DNA of 63,977 bases, the filler included, from Dimargaris cristalligena (Eukaryota), in NCBI GenBank assembly GCA_003614675.1. It is 3 parts of 3 records of this genome, joined end to end, with 100 filler letters (N's around TTAATTAATTAA, not from the genome) between each part and the next. Parts side by side here need not be neighbours in the genome. Positions count along the whole stretch, not along the records: positions 44,523 to 63,977 come from ML002725.1; 2 more parts are not named here. One strand, written 5' to 3'. The notes below the pieces were generated by a model. It was given only the letters and a program-made list of their open reading frames with translations. It made no database searches and was not told where the DNA came from. Within the stretch, counting starts at the first letter, position 1. Each line of letters opens with the position of its first letter. The translations under genes were made by a program, and so were the position numbers. Below, one piece after another: positions 47,695 through 60,515 of the stretch.

Positions 47695-50600
47695 TTAATG
47701 CAGCTGTTGACGGATGCGCGCAATATTAGCATCCCGTCGTGGCGAATCTGAAAAAAGAGCGCACAATAAGTTGGTTAGTTCCACCGCAGTAAAGTCCGTC
47801 AACTGGCCTTGATCCAATCGCTGCATAATCTCCGCCATGTTGATCATCAGAATATCCCGGATTTGGTGGAATTTCGTGTAGGTGGGCAAGTACCGGGCTA
47901 GAATGGCCTCATCATCAAGGGCTAGGTCATTTATCTGGGCCGGGGTCCCCACCGCCGCGGGAGCGGTGGCGGCCCCTTTCCGGACTTGATCACAAAAGTG
48001 CTCGATGGTCACGTTGAACCCACCCAAAAGCTCGTGCAGATGTTCGGAGTCTTCTACGCCAATATCCACGAGATCCAATACTTCGTCGACTGCGTATTTG
48101 AGCAGGGTGTCCAGGAGACACCGGCCTGTAGCGAGCGCCAGTAAGTGCGTGGGCAAAATAGGGGACCATGTGGAGGCCAATTGAGACCAGTCGGCCAAGG
48201 CCTCTCGGATAGCGGCCGCCAAGACCTTGTGTCGGTCCGGTAAGGCAGCGTCTTGGAAACCGCCGGGTGCTTTCAGGGATTCGAGAAGGGAGCGCTGTTG
48301 ACCAATGAGGTGGTCGAGGAATAGGTTGTTGGCCTGAGTGGTAAGAAGATAGGCCATGTCAATAAATGAAGTAGGCAATGCAGGGGGGTCCCGAGTGGTG
48401 GGCATGGATGGCGACCGTGGTAATGAAGGCGTGTGAGATATAGGTACAATATACGCATCTCTGTTAGGAGTGGTTGGATTCGATCGGATTTGTTGGTAGG
48501 CGAATCCAATCATTGATAAGTGGTGGGCTAAGAATCGACAGTCATTGTGAATAAGCATGGCTACAGCCGGAATTTGTTCGTTCTGGGGGTTAGGGCGGGT
48601 CCGCGTGCCGAGGGCACCCAAAGTTAAGGCCCGGTAGAGGTTGAAAATATCCTTGGCAATCGCAACCAGAGATTCAGCGCTGGGGGTTTCCGGATAACAA
48701 GTGAGTGTAAGTCAGGATAACATAACAAATAGGTTGGTTTGCATTAATAAAAGATCTGCGATTGGTGTAATAGTTGCAGCAGTAAATACCGATATTTTAC
48801 AGGCAATAATTTGGTAACCAATAAACGATGGGCCTCTCTAGTTCCAGGGGGGGGTATGCGAGATGGTTTATAAATAAACCCAGGGGGACTGACATTCACT
48901 TACCAAAAAGTGTCATTCTGCAGAGCCTCATTCAGTATATCGCTAGTTATATTAAGTAGGAGTTGGGGTAAATTGGTGATTTGGCAGGCGGGGAAACCGA
49001 GAGGCTGGATCATCACGGTATTATCGTACGACGGCAATTTCCGGCCTTCGGGGTAGGCCTCCTGATAGGATTTGCGCCATTCGGGGCCCAGAGCATTCAG
49101 GAACGCATCGACTATTCCGGTTTAAAAGAAACATATGGGAGGGGTTAAATCGGGCATATAGTAGACTGATTCGATCGTTTGGTAATATTTAGTGCCCTAA
49201 CTATGTCAGTTATAGGATAGGACCACGCTTCTATCCTACCATTGTTTCCAGAAGGCAACTGATGTACATGCAACTTGCACCTACCATCGAATGAGCTTGT
49301 GGGCGCCGCTACGGGGGTGTAATCTTGCTGATTCATCGCCTTGACTACTCGCTCGAGTGTTTGGGCTCGCACCTTGGCTAGGTAATGGGTATCAAGGTGG
49401 TCGATAAACCGACTTAACGGCTTCTCATTTGAAGGAATATACCCTGAAAATGAGCGAGCCGGTATTAATTGGGATTGTAGATTGCGAAAGAAGGTGATGA
49501 GTCAGTAGCATGTCGGAAAAGATGTATTCCACTAAGTTTAGGTATTTCTTTTTAAAAAAGAACTGTGCTATATATTGACAGACAGTTAAAATTGAGCAGG
49601 TAAAAACTCTATAATATATACAATAAGGGATGGATTGACTTACCCAGGGCTGCAAGTTGACTTTCAAATACGTCTATCTGCTTGGCAGTTGCCTCAAAGG
49701 CGGCAAAGGCGCTGCGCCGGGTAGGGACGGTCGCCATGAGATACGTAGATTGCAACTGTTCAACTAAAGAATCCGCGGTCAAGTCGCCCAGCATGCGGAT
49801 GGGAGAGGCTGAGTCCAATGGATCAACTTCACCCATAAATAGGATGTCGTGTTTAACGAACCGAAGGAAGCTGATGAGGTCGTCAAATACTCGATTAAGG
49901 GCTGGAGACCGTATGCGAAAAGTCGGCAATAGAGAGAGTACCAAAGGGAAGTACGTTGAAGTATTTTAGAGGTGGCCCAACCAGTGGTGAATTTAGAAGT
50001 AATACAGCATGGATAAAAGATGAGAGTTATGTGGCGTCCGTTATCAATGACTGGGGCTTTGTCTGGGTATAGCGTATTAATAAGGTGAGTCCGACAGGGG
50101 GTGATAGTAAAGGTCTTTAAAATAAAGTACCCTACCAAATCTAAGAGTTTGCGACTTACCTTCAGTGGAGGTGGGTGGTTTGGTGGGGGTCAGCGGAACT
50201 AGAGTACATTTCTGCTGGTGCTGGTCAACCTCCAGCGTCCACGACCGGTGCCGGCTACCGCCCGAACACAATTTGTTGATAAACGCCCTCGTCATCGGCT
50301 CCACCAATTGTTCGACTTGCTCAGCGAGTAAATCCAGGCGGGCCAAAAGACGGAAACTATCGCGCGGGAGTACCGAACCCGGGGGTAGGACCAGGGCCGA
50401 CTGGACTTTTACTTCCATCCGGTCCGCAAGCGCGGTAAATAAGATCGTGCTACGGAACTGGTGGCCCAGCACGGCAGCCACCCGGTCCCGGGCCTGTTCG
50501 ATTTCGTCCCGGAGCGCCGTCGCCAGGTGCGTGTCTTTTAGTTCGGGTGCCTGGTCCATCAATTCCCGAATCTTTAGAATAAGGTCTACGGCTTCGGCGG

Positions 50601-51255
50601 ATTTGTGGTGTGTCGATGAAGGGGAACGGGGAGACACGGGGGTGCTCGAGGAGGACGCGGCGAGAGTATCATCGTCGAGTATGAACTGGAGACGTTCACA
50701 CTTTTCGCGGATTGTGGCCAGCCGGCCCAGTGCGTCCATGCGCTGTACTTGAGAGTGGTGGGCTTGGCGGGCTTCTTTCTCGAGGCGTAGGCCCGTTCGG
50801 AGTCGACTTCGGATACCCCAATCGGGGTTCACGATGAGTTCCGCCAGGGATGCGACATCGACTGAAAGGGTGTTGAGGTGCTGGGCCTGCTGGGCTTCCT
50901 GGCGCGTTTCGGCGGCAAAGGCATCGTAGTGATCGATGAGGGAGGATTGGACTTGGGTCTATTATAGGGGAAACGGGTTTTGGGGGTAGGCGGGGTGATA
51001 ATTAGAATGAATGAATAGCGCAGGTGTGAAAAGCCCCGCTATGGCTACTAGGCGGGCTATTCAACTGGGTATCGACTGTATTAAAGAAGCTGAGAGGGTC
51101 TTTACCTTGGCGGTGGCAATCTCCTGGTCGATGTAGGTCAGGGCGCGGGTAATGTCGTCAGGTGTAAGCTCATGGTCGGTGGTTGAGCCAATGTCCAGAT
51201 GGGAGAATAGGTCCATCAGGATGGCCGGCAGGGGGGGCTTGACTGAAGCGGTCAT
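47695..51255 (-). CDS. ZW10: ZW10/Dsl1 family tethering/kinetochore protein, 6 exons
   Basis: C-terminal motifs IHNDCRFLAHHL, LVDIGVEDSEHL and FTAVELTNLLCALFSDSPRRDANIARI; internal LSRFIDHLDTHY and FPACQIT. In-frame GT-AG introns traced, e.g. 50959-51105. Confidence 0.85.
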
Positions 51256-51820
51256 GGTGGGATACGGGGAGGGAATTCCGCCCGACTGGGTAGCAATGCA
51301 ATAAGTGAAATTTATAAGAGATGAGAGGGTCTTCTGTTCGGAATGTTAAAGTGATGTATTGTGTTTGGCTACGGCATAAACACCACCTGCCCCAGCCTGG
51401 TTGCTCCTGACCCCTTGTCTCTTACTTGTGGCTCATGGGCTAGTATTGGGACAATAGTGGGGCCAGTAACCCACTACTACTGTTGCTCTTGTTCAGCAGA
51501 AGGAGTTTATCGGGGGCGGAGTTGGTTTAGCCTAGGTTTCACGGTAGAAAAGAGAGGGAAATAAAGAGGAGCCTCCTACTACTGCCTAGGTTTGGCAGGT
51601 CGTCGTGTCCACAGCAGCACTTGTGCGAGCAATTTTAATAGCTTGTGGTTGTGACGCACGCCCCTCTATCAGATGTTCATCGGCAGACTGTCACTTGGAA
51701 GGTGCCATGATATTTGCTAGTGCCAGGACTCTGGCTGCTATTCGTTGTATTTTTCCGTGTTTCGCAAGTCGGCGCCGAGATAGCCACACACAGTCGGCTC
51801 GGCGACAAGCACTATTATAG

Positions 51821-51842
51821 TAATAATAATAATAATAATAAT
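51821..51842. repeat. (TAA)7 microsatellite in the ZW10/SEC12 divergent promoter
   Basis: Seen directly. Confidence 0.85.
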
Positions 51843-52215
51843 GGGACACTCCTACAAGAGCAGTATTACTAATATTGCACACGAATAATCCTTACGAAGC
51901 CCCCCCCCACAACGTACCCCTCCCTCCTTCTATTCCCCGACCCACTCTACCGTGTCGTGTCAAACCACCGTTGGTCTCTCTCTTGGGGGGATTTTTCGTA
52001 TGACCTTGTCTCAAGCCGGTAGTCTCGGTTTTATAGACACCCCGTGCCCCTGCGTCTCAGGAATATCTTGACCTAACTATATGGCGCCTCCCCCGCATTC
52101 TCTTTCAGGTTTGGCTTATTGTTATTTCTTTTAAATTTAGAAACGTCATCCGACCCATTCACTCGCCTACTCATTCCCTTCCACTCCATCGCAGTTATCT
52201 ATCTACCCATTCACA

Positions 52216-53880
52216 ATGGCTCGTAATCGTAAGGGCCAACGCACCAGTAAAGACTCGAAAAAGAGCAAGGCAACCGGCTCTCCGAGCCAGAGTCTGCCTC
52301 CATCCCCTCGCAGTTCGGTCGAGGTATCCGGCCGCTCTTCCGTCGAGACCTTGACGTCCCCCACTCCCGCCAATAAGTTGCTTGCCCAGCAGGAAAAGGC
52401 CACCGGCACTTCGAGTACGGACTCAGTCAGCGAACCCGGTCTAGCGGAGGAAGGACAAAACGCCATTCCTTTCCTGTTCGAGGTCGGGATCCCAATCAAT
52501 TGCGTCGCTGCGGTGGGGTCTGATCCCACGCTCTTTGTCGTGGGCGGCGGGGGTGGCCCCAGCCGTTCGGGAGTTGCCAATAAGATTGTAAGTACTGCCG
52601 GAGACAAGACTATGGTCGAGTTAAAACCGCAATACTCCGAATATACGGTGTATGCTTAGCAGTATGGCCGCCTCCCCTCTCGTACACCTATCCGGAACCG
52701 AGAAGAGGGTCGTGACGGTTTGATAAGCCCAGTTAATCGACCGTCTCTTCTAAAAAAAGGTATTGCTATAAACCACTCTATTTTTCATTCCATTGCGATT
52801 AACCCTGGATCCCCTTGCTCCGCTTCCACGTACAATCCACCACCCTTACGCCCCTTCCAGCTCATCAACCGGATTGACAGCAGCACCCAATCGGTGACCA
52901 CTGTGGCCACATACTCGTTCGAACCGCTGGAAGATGCCCCCACGAGTATCGCCGCCCACCCCTCCCGGCCCGTCATCGCCTGCGGGGCCAATAACAACAA
53001 CGACATTGTCAAAGCCGGCGACAACCGCAGTGCGCGTATTCTCGAATATTCCCTGAACCAGGACCCTCCCCAGCTGGAGCTCATCCATTCGCGCTCGGTC
53101 ATGGATAGCCGGACCATGAACGACTACCAAAAAGTCACCGTCTTCAGTCCCAAGGGCGACCACATCCTCACGGGGGGTAGTGAAGGTAGTATCAATTTAC
53201 TGGCCTACCCTTCCCTGGACCCCGTCTTCCCCACCCTCAAATCGGAGAGCGGCGAAATCATGAGTGCCGATTTCAGCCAGTCGGGCGGCCAGTTCGCCAT
53301 CGTCACCCCCAAAGATGTAAGTGTCTTCTCCACCCGTACCGGCAAAGGCGTCCAGCACATTGAGTGCCCGGTGTACAAAAATAAGTCCGAGTGCCGGTTC
53401 CGGAGCTGTCTCTACGGCCGGGGGCCGACCGAACATTTCTTCTACACCATTGTCAATACCCTCAACCGGGACCGCTCGCTAATCGCGAAATGGAACACGA
53501 ATACCTGGGAAACAGAGTCGTTCCGGTCGGTCAGCCGGTTCCCCATTATCGCGGTGGCCATGCACCCCAGCGGGAATTACCTCGCGGTGGCTACTACCGA
53601 AAACGCCGTCTACGTCCTCGATGCCCATTCGTTCCAGACCATGGCCAAGTCGGCTGATGTGCACGGGTTCGCCATCACATCGTTGGCCTTCACCAGTGAC
53701 GGTGCGCATCTGGTGACGGGATCGATTGATACCAACTGCTGTATCATTCCCATCCCCGAAACCTTCCCCGAAAGTCGGATGAAGATGTTCATATCCATCC
53801 TGGCCGCTATTCTGGCGATATTGATTACGGTGCTGTATCACATTAATAGCCGTGAAATGGCTGGTTATGCTGAATTATAG
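52216..53880 (+). CDS. SEC12: Sar1 guanine-nucleotide exchange factor Sec12/PREB; intron 52588-52860
   Basis: K-loop GGGGPSRSGVANKI, WD40 propeller (DYQKVTVFS, CRFRSCLYG, VHGFAITSLAF, GSIDTNC) and a C-terminal TM helix. Confidence 0.9.
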
Positions 53881-54879
53881 ACCAGGGCGATATTCGGATA
53901 TGTGGAGGGAGGGTAATGCATAGATTTAATTTGGTGGATGCTCTGCACAGAGCTCAGTTTCGGATAGAGCATCCATCTGCCTCACTGCCTTTGCCGCTTC
54001 TCCCTTCCTTTCCGATGCTTCCTTCTACTATTGGCATTGCTATGCCTTTCCTAATTTAGCCTATTGAATGATGCGGTCATTGTCGCTTTGACTACCGTTT
54101 TTATGTGTAACCCCCTCATCTCCCCCTCCCCCGCAGTTCTTTAATTATTACTACACCTTCTACTTTTCACATTTTGTTGCCGAACATACATTACGCCTAT
54201 ATATTCCCTATCTTAGTACTCTTATACTGCAACATGCGCATGTAAACACACGCCGTTGGTTTTTAATTATTATTTTTTAATGACCATCCAAAATAATTGG
54301 TTAGCTTGATGGGGGACACCTTCCCTTTGTCCCATGTAACAACCGTTCAACTAGTACGCTTATAGTTCGTTAACACTCGCTATTATTCATGACTTAATTC
54401 TAATGCCCATTGTTGGCATTCCCCTCATACACATATATATATATACATCCTATATTCATAAAGTATAGCTTGCCATTAGATTCCTTTAATGATTATGCGC
54501 CCGCGGTCTAAGTTCCACTCCAGCTTACTGATTGAAATGAAATGGGGCGGAGTGAACACTAATGGCTTGGACCCCACCATTTGGTTGAGCCGAATCTCCG
54601 TGCGTTATACACTCGTTTACGATTATATGCCCTTTACTTTGTGTTCCAACTTTAAGAGGTGGGGTTTCGAGTAGGCTTATTTAAGAATCAGGGGGTCTAG
54701 CCATGGTCACTGAATGAGAGAAAGAAGCCATTATGACTTGTAGAATACTATTTTTTCCACTCCGAAATTAGCTTCATGTCGTTCAGTCAGCCGAGGCCAC
54801 TTACTTCTCCTCAGTTTACTCCCTTTCCAGTATCCCATTTCATTTTGTACCTTTATTCCCTTTCTATTAGAGCACTATA

Positions 54880-56596
54880 ATGTCTACTTCGCCTCTCAAT
54901 TCCCAGACCCAGTCAAGTTCGAAGGAGGCCATCTCCGCCGATGGCCACCCTAAGAAACGGGCCCGCGTGGATTTACCGGATCGCCAGACTACTTCCGAGG
55001 TACTTAATAATTCGCATTGAGCAAAAGAGGTTGGGCTGAATGAGCCCCCGTGTTCCCCTATCCCGCCATTTGCTGCATTGTATTATCCCCCCACTATAAC
55101 GCGCCATTAGGAATTCCGACTGGGATGACCTCAGTAGCCCAGGGAATAACGACCCTACCCCCAGAGTTTTATTATCTTCCATTTACTATGGTCGCTGAGT
55201 GGGCTGGTAAACACACGGGCGTATATTAATACTAACTATATATGAATGCTCTACTCTCCAACTCCACCGCTTTTACCCAAACCACCGCCAGTCAGCCAAA
55301 ACGAACAACCCCGCCTTAGCACCCCCTCGGCCCGCACGTTTGGAACCCAGTCTATTCGGGACGCCCCCCGTCCCTGACATTGTCCAGGCCATTGGCCGTT
55401 TCCTTTTCCAACACGTAAACCGGCCCCACGTGGAAATCGAAGCCAAGTTGGGTCTGTTAGTAGACAACCAAACCGGTCAACGGATACGACTTCCCGTCAC
55501 GTCTCTCGCCGTTCTCGAAAATCCAAGCGCCAACAACTCCCAACCGGGTGGTGGTAGTGGGGGTGGTCGGCCCACACGGCCCTGGTACACTTTTAAATCC
55601 GACATGTCACTTGACCAGCACCGGTACTTTAACGAACTCCTGAACCGCCGGGCCCGTGACACCCAGAGTTCCCAGCACCGGGGCGCTAAAGTGCATTATA
55701 AACACACCCGGGAGATTGACCGGTTCTACTTGGAACCGAACCCCAATGCCGCTTCGCAACCCGGGGAGCCCGATCGGTTCCGCATCCGGGCCACCTTTGA
55801 TAAGGAGACGGCAAAGGTGGTGGAAGGACCTGGGGCCATCATCGAAAAGAAGAAAATCGCCAATTTGGACGTGTATTCGCCCAACACCGCTATGGACTTC
55901 CGAATTACCGTCAGCGAAGAAAAACCGAGTAAGTTTGGTAGGCGGGGCAGGGAAGCCACTGGATCGACATTTCTAAGATACTGCCAATGATGAGTGGGGT
56001 GGTGATTACAAATAGGAATCACTTTATGGTGTATACCATTGGCGTGTGGGTAATACCAAGTCGTGCTGATATTGCATGTAAAGGGAATTAATGGATGGGC
56101 ATGTGCACGCCAAATAAGGGACGGAGGAGGGGCAGTTCCCTTTCCTGGCACACGTCCCCTTCCTGATCCATCTTCCCTATAATTTATGTGGTCCGCATTA
56201 TTATATTGTCCAAATCTAATCCTGCTCCATCCGCTTATTCCAACTCCAACCTCCCTCCTACCTTACCATCCTTCTCCAGTGAGAATGCCAACCGTCGAAA
56301 GTAGTCACGAACGCCACAAAGACCGCCTTTCCTACCGGCATGAGATCTGGCAATTTGATCTTACCCAAGTCAAAACACCCTCCCGGGAGAACAGTAACCA
56401 ACAGCCCTCGCCATTCGCACCCCGGGGTAATGACGCCCCTTCCGTAACCCACGAACTGGAACTAGAATTGGCCAACACGGACTGGTTCCTCAAGGAACGC
56501 CAGCGATTCCAAGACCGGGATCCCGGGCACCAATTCAATACGATTGTGCAAACCTTCGTTAATAATATATATATGCTCGCTTCGCACGCTCGCTAA
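54880..56596 (+). CDS. CET1: mRNA capping RNA triphosphatase (triphosphate tunnel metalloenzyme, Cet1/Pct1); introns 55000-55291 and 55929-56279
   Basis: Motif A VEIEAKLG, motif B ERHKDRLSY and motif C HELELEL; also FDLTQV and DFRITVSEE. N-terminal NLS-like PKKRAR. Confidence 0.9.
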
Positions 56597-56670
56597 AGAG
56601 AGAGCGTGTTCCTTGGTTTGCCTCCCCATTCTCTTTCAATTATTATTTTTTTTTGCTGAAGTGCCAGCAT

Positions 56671-56700
56671 TGCTGCTGCTGCTGCTGCTACTACTATTAC
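56671..56700. repeat. Compound (CTG)n(CTA)n microsatellite in the CET1/KAR convergent 3' region
   Basis: tgctgctgctgctgctgctactactattac. Confidence 0.85.
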
Positions 56701-57084
56701 GGTTATTATTATTTTCCCAATGGAGGTCGACTTGCCCTTCCCATACAAAAATTCCATGTAGATTTACGTTTCCCAGGTAGCTTTAAGAATATCCTAATAG
56801 TGAGATATAAATTAAGCATTGTTAGCGCAACGCGATTAGCCCTCTTGGCCCATGTCACGTAGATATATGTGTTTAATATTTCGTCACACATCGGGCATGG
56901 TGATACCCCTCGACAATTTAGTAGTCTAGTGTAGGGTAGATGCGTAAGTTGAATTTATTGGGGCCCAAAGTCAGGCTGCTGGAGGAATCATGGCGATGAT
57001 CCATCTAATAGGCACCGCCACGGACTAGATTTTGAATTAATGGACATGCCCATTTAAGTACCCTGGCATTGGCCTGGGGTTCTC

Positions 57085-58242
57085 CTAGTTTTGCTTGGCG
57101 GCCGCCTCCCGCTCTCTCTTCTTCAGGGCCCGTTTACGGATATCCACATGCATAGTGTAATTGTACATGACCCAGAACTGACGGCTAAAGAAATTGTCGA
57201 CGGTCCAATTCGCCAAGGCGTGACTTAGGATAGGGGAAGACGTGAAGGGCACGCTGGATCCACCGCGGACTCCGATGCGGCTCAGGACGGAACGGACATA
57301 GGTATCGGGCATGGGGATGAAGAAGGAGGGACGACGAATCTTGGACATGGCGGATACGACGAAGTAAGTGTTGAGGTGTTCGACAATAACACCCTTAGCT
57401 TGGAGTTCGGCACCCAGGGCCTGCGACCACGTACTGACGAAACTCTTACTCCCCGAGTAGACACTGAGGAGTGGCGAGGGGACGCTACCTGAAAACGAGC
57501 CGGAGTTGATGATAAGGCCTCGGCCCTGGCTGATCATACCCGGTACGACCATGTGAGTGATGCGGAGCATGGCGTTAATGTTCACTTCAACGATATCGTG
57601 GATACGTTCCAAAGATTCCAAGTGGAACGGGGTGGGGATATCGTGGCTCACACCGACATTATTGACCAACACCGAAATGGACGAGGGCAGGGCCTCCAGT
57701 TGGGTTTGCAGGTCCGTGTACTCCGCCGCAGTCGCGTGGGCAAAGTCCAGTTGATGGGTGCGGACTTCGGCGTCCGGATTGGCGGCCCGGATTTCAGCCC
57801 GGGCGGCGTCGAGCTTGGCGGGATTGCGACCGACGATGAGTACGTGGAAACCGCGGCGGGCGAGTTCAATGGCGAAACACTTGCCCATACCGTCGGTGGC
57901 GCCCGTCACGATGGCCCAGTGGCCCTGACCCGCGCCGAAACGGCTGAGGGGCAGGCCGGGATTAAGGAAAATGTCAAAGATCAGGGTCAGGAGACTGAGC
58001 ACGGTTTTACCAAGGCTAACGGCTCCGACAATGAGGGCCAGGGCGGCGGCGATGGCCAGAGGGGGATTGCCTATGGGGTGACCATGACGTGGAAGAGAAG
58101 CGAAGAGAAGGACGGGGCGGGGAGGTTAGTCCAATGGACCAGGGGTAATGTCGGAATGAGAGGGGACCGCGGCAGGGCCTGGTATCGACGGAAAACGAAG
58201 TCACTACTTACTCAGAATCTGTTGGACTTGTGCTTCGAACAT
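57085..58242 (-). CDS. IFA38: Very-long-chain 3-oxoacyl-CoA reductase (KAR/HSD17B12); intron 58071-58211
   Basis: N-terminal TM segment, WAIVTGATDGMG, LVNNVG, YSGSK, VSAMSKIRRPS and C-terminal HVDIRKRALKK. Exon 1 MFEAQVQQIL ends at a GTAAGT donor. Confidence 0.93.
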
Positions 58243-58711
58243 GGTGACAAACAAGAATGGGTCAACAAGGTAAAATAGGGGGAAATAGAAACAGACAAGG
58301 TACACTCTAGTTTGTAGGGGGAAGGGGAACCGTTTAAAGGGGGATAGAGCGATATAACGTGGAGAACCCCCCCCCCCCAAGCTGCAGGCACCGGAGGGGG
58401 AGGGATATATTACGCCACCACCACCAGCAATAATATTACTCTAGTGTTCTATATGCTCTGTTACTGAAACCTCACCCCCCACTATTCTCACCTTTCGCTT
58501 TCACACGTCAGCGACCAGTTTTACCCAACTTCCCCCCAAGCGGCCAAAGGGTGACCAGTTATATGCTTATGCGCAGTTATTCTGAGCAAAAAGAGCTATT
58601 GACCCGCAGTTTTGTTACGTTCGTATCCTCTTATTCCTTGCTTATTGCTATAGCTGAATTGTCTTTGTTGAATCCCGCTCAGAGTGTATACTTCCCCCTC
58701 GTTTCATTGCC

Positions 58712-60515
58712 ATGCTCCGACCTTGTTTTCGCAGTGCTCTTTCTACAACCAGCCGGGCCCGCCAAGGTGGTGGTAAGTTATTACTTGTACTCGACCCCGT
58801 TGAAGCGCCGACATTGTCCTCGGCCCCTGTTGGACCGAAAGCGATCCACTAATACCTTGGCTAACCCTGTTACAACTGCTACCCCAGCCTGTTTCTCACA
58901 CCCATTATCACTTTTATTACCATCTGATCTAATTTGTGCGATATATCGCGGCTCCCTACTGCCTGTTTTCCCCAATACTTTAGCGTCCCGGGTGTTCGCC
59001 GCTACTATTCACCCAGGAGGTATCCTTCCCCAAAGTGGCTCAGTCCTTGGTCTTAAATGCCACCCCGCCCATACCGCACACTACATTACTATTCCTCAAC
59101 CCCGCTGCTACTATTCAACCACCACCTCTAGCACCACTGAATCCACCGTATCCTCGGTTCCACCCGTACCCACCGACCACCCCGACCAACTCAATGCCGT
59201 CGATAGCTACACCTCTATCCCCGACCGTGGTTTTATCCAAGTGCACGGCCCTGACGCGGTCACTTTCCTCCAGGGCCTCATCACCAACCATATGCCCAAA
59301 ATTGCCGTCGGTGGAGGAGGCCTATACACTCATTTCCTCATCCCCCAAGGTCGCGTTCTCTATGATGCCATCATCTACCCTTTGAACCAGGGGGAACGAT
59401 TTCCCACGCCGCCTACGTTTATTATCGAATGCGCCGCGGGTTCCACCGTGGCCGAATTGACGCGGATGCTGACTCTACGGCGATTGCGCGCGAAGGTGGA
59501 GGTTAAGAACGTGACGAACATGTATCGGGCGTGGAATATCTGGGGGCCGAGTGCGGATCGACTTTGGTGCTGGCAGCAGCTGAAAAATCCGCCCACCGCC
59601 ACCACCTCCGCTACTACTATCCACGGGAGTCAGGGGACTACCGATATGGCGGACCAGGAGAGAAACCAACCCCGTCCGGCTAGTATCAACCACACGGCGG
59701 CGCACTTGCCCCGCGGTAGTCTGGTTCTGAAAAGTAAGGATGTGGGCATTTGGTTCCAGGATACCCGGGCTCCCGGTATGGGCATGCGTTTGATTCTCCC
59801 CGTCGCCTATAATGAGCCCGCGCTGCCTTCCACTTTCCGCCTGGTATCCCCCTTAATTTACACGCTGCGCCGGATGCTCCTAGGGGTCCCCGAAGGGCCT
59901 GCCGAGATTGCGGCCCGCCACGCCCTACCCCTGGAAATGGGGCTCGACTATATGCACGGGGTGGATTTCCGCAAGGGCTGCTACATGGGTCAGGAGCTTA
60001 CCATTCGGACTTACCATACGGGCGTAGTCCGGAAGCGGGTCATGCCAGTCGCACTAGTCCCTGACAGACCACGGGAGCATACCCCATTGGCTAAGGCCGG
60101 CTGTAAAACGGCCGTCAGCCTGGATCCACACCCTACTTTCCAACAACCGGAACCCCAGGCCGATATCTATCACGTACCTCTCGATACCCCGGTCGAGGAG
60201 ATTCGTCGGCTTTTATTCAAAGAGTCCGACCCCCCAACGTCGGCATCAACATCGCCCGCGGTCGTTTCCGAGTCAGTCGATACCCCAGTAGAGGCACCCT
60301 CTTCGCCACCCCGACGGTCCCGCCTTCGCCCTGCTGCCAAATACTGCGCAGGCCAGTGCAATGTAGGATTAGCGGTGGTGCGACTCGAATCGGTGGCCGA
60401 TGATACCCGTAAATTTGTGGTAGGTACCGTCGACGAAAAGGGCCACCCTTTGGTATTGCGGGTCCTACCACGAATTCCCGATTGGTGGCCTCAAACTCCT
60501 ACCGTATCGGAATAA
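58712..60515 (+). CDS. IBA57: Mitochondrial Fe-S assembly factor Iba57/Caf17 (YgfZ family); intron 58773-58983
   Basis: Signature [10 protein letters not shown], plus [22 protein letters not shown] and GVVRKRVMP. Exon 1 [20 protein letters not shown] is presequence-like and splices in frame (G|GTAAGT...TAG|CG). Confidence 0.93.

Noticed and set aside
58551..58983. Long N-terminal extension of IBA57 in the ORF track
   Set aside because: Better explained by read-through of the UTR and an intron; the spliced ATG 58712 gives a presequence.
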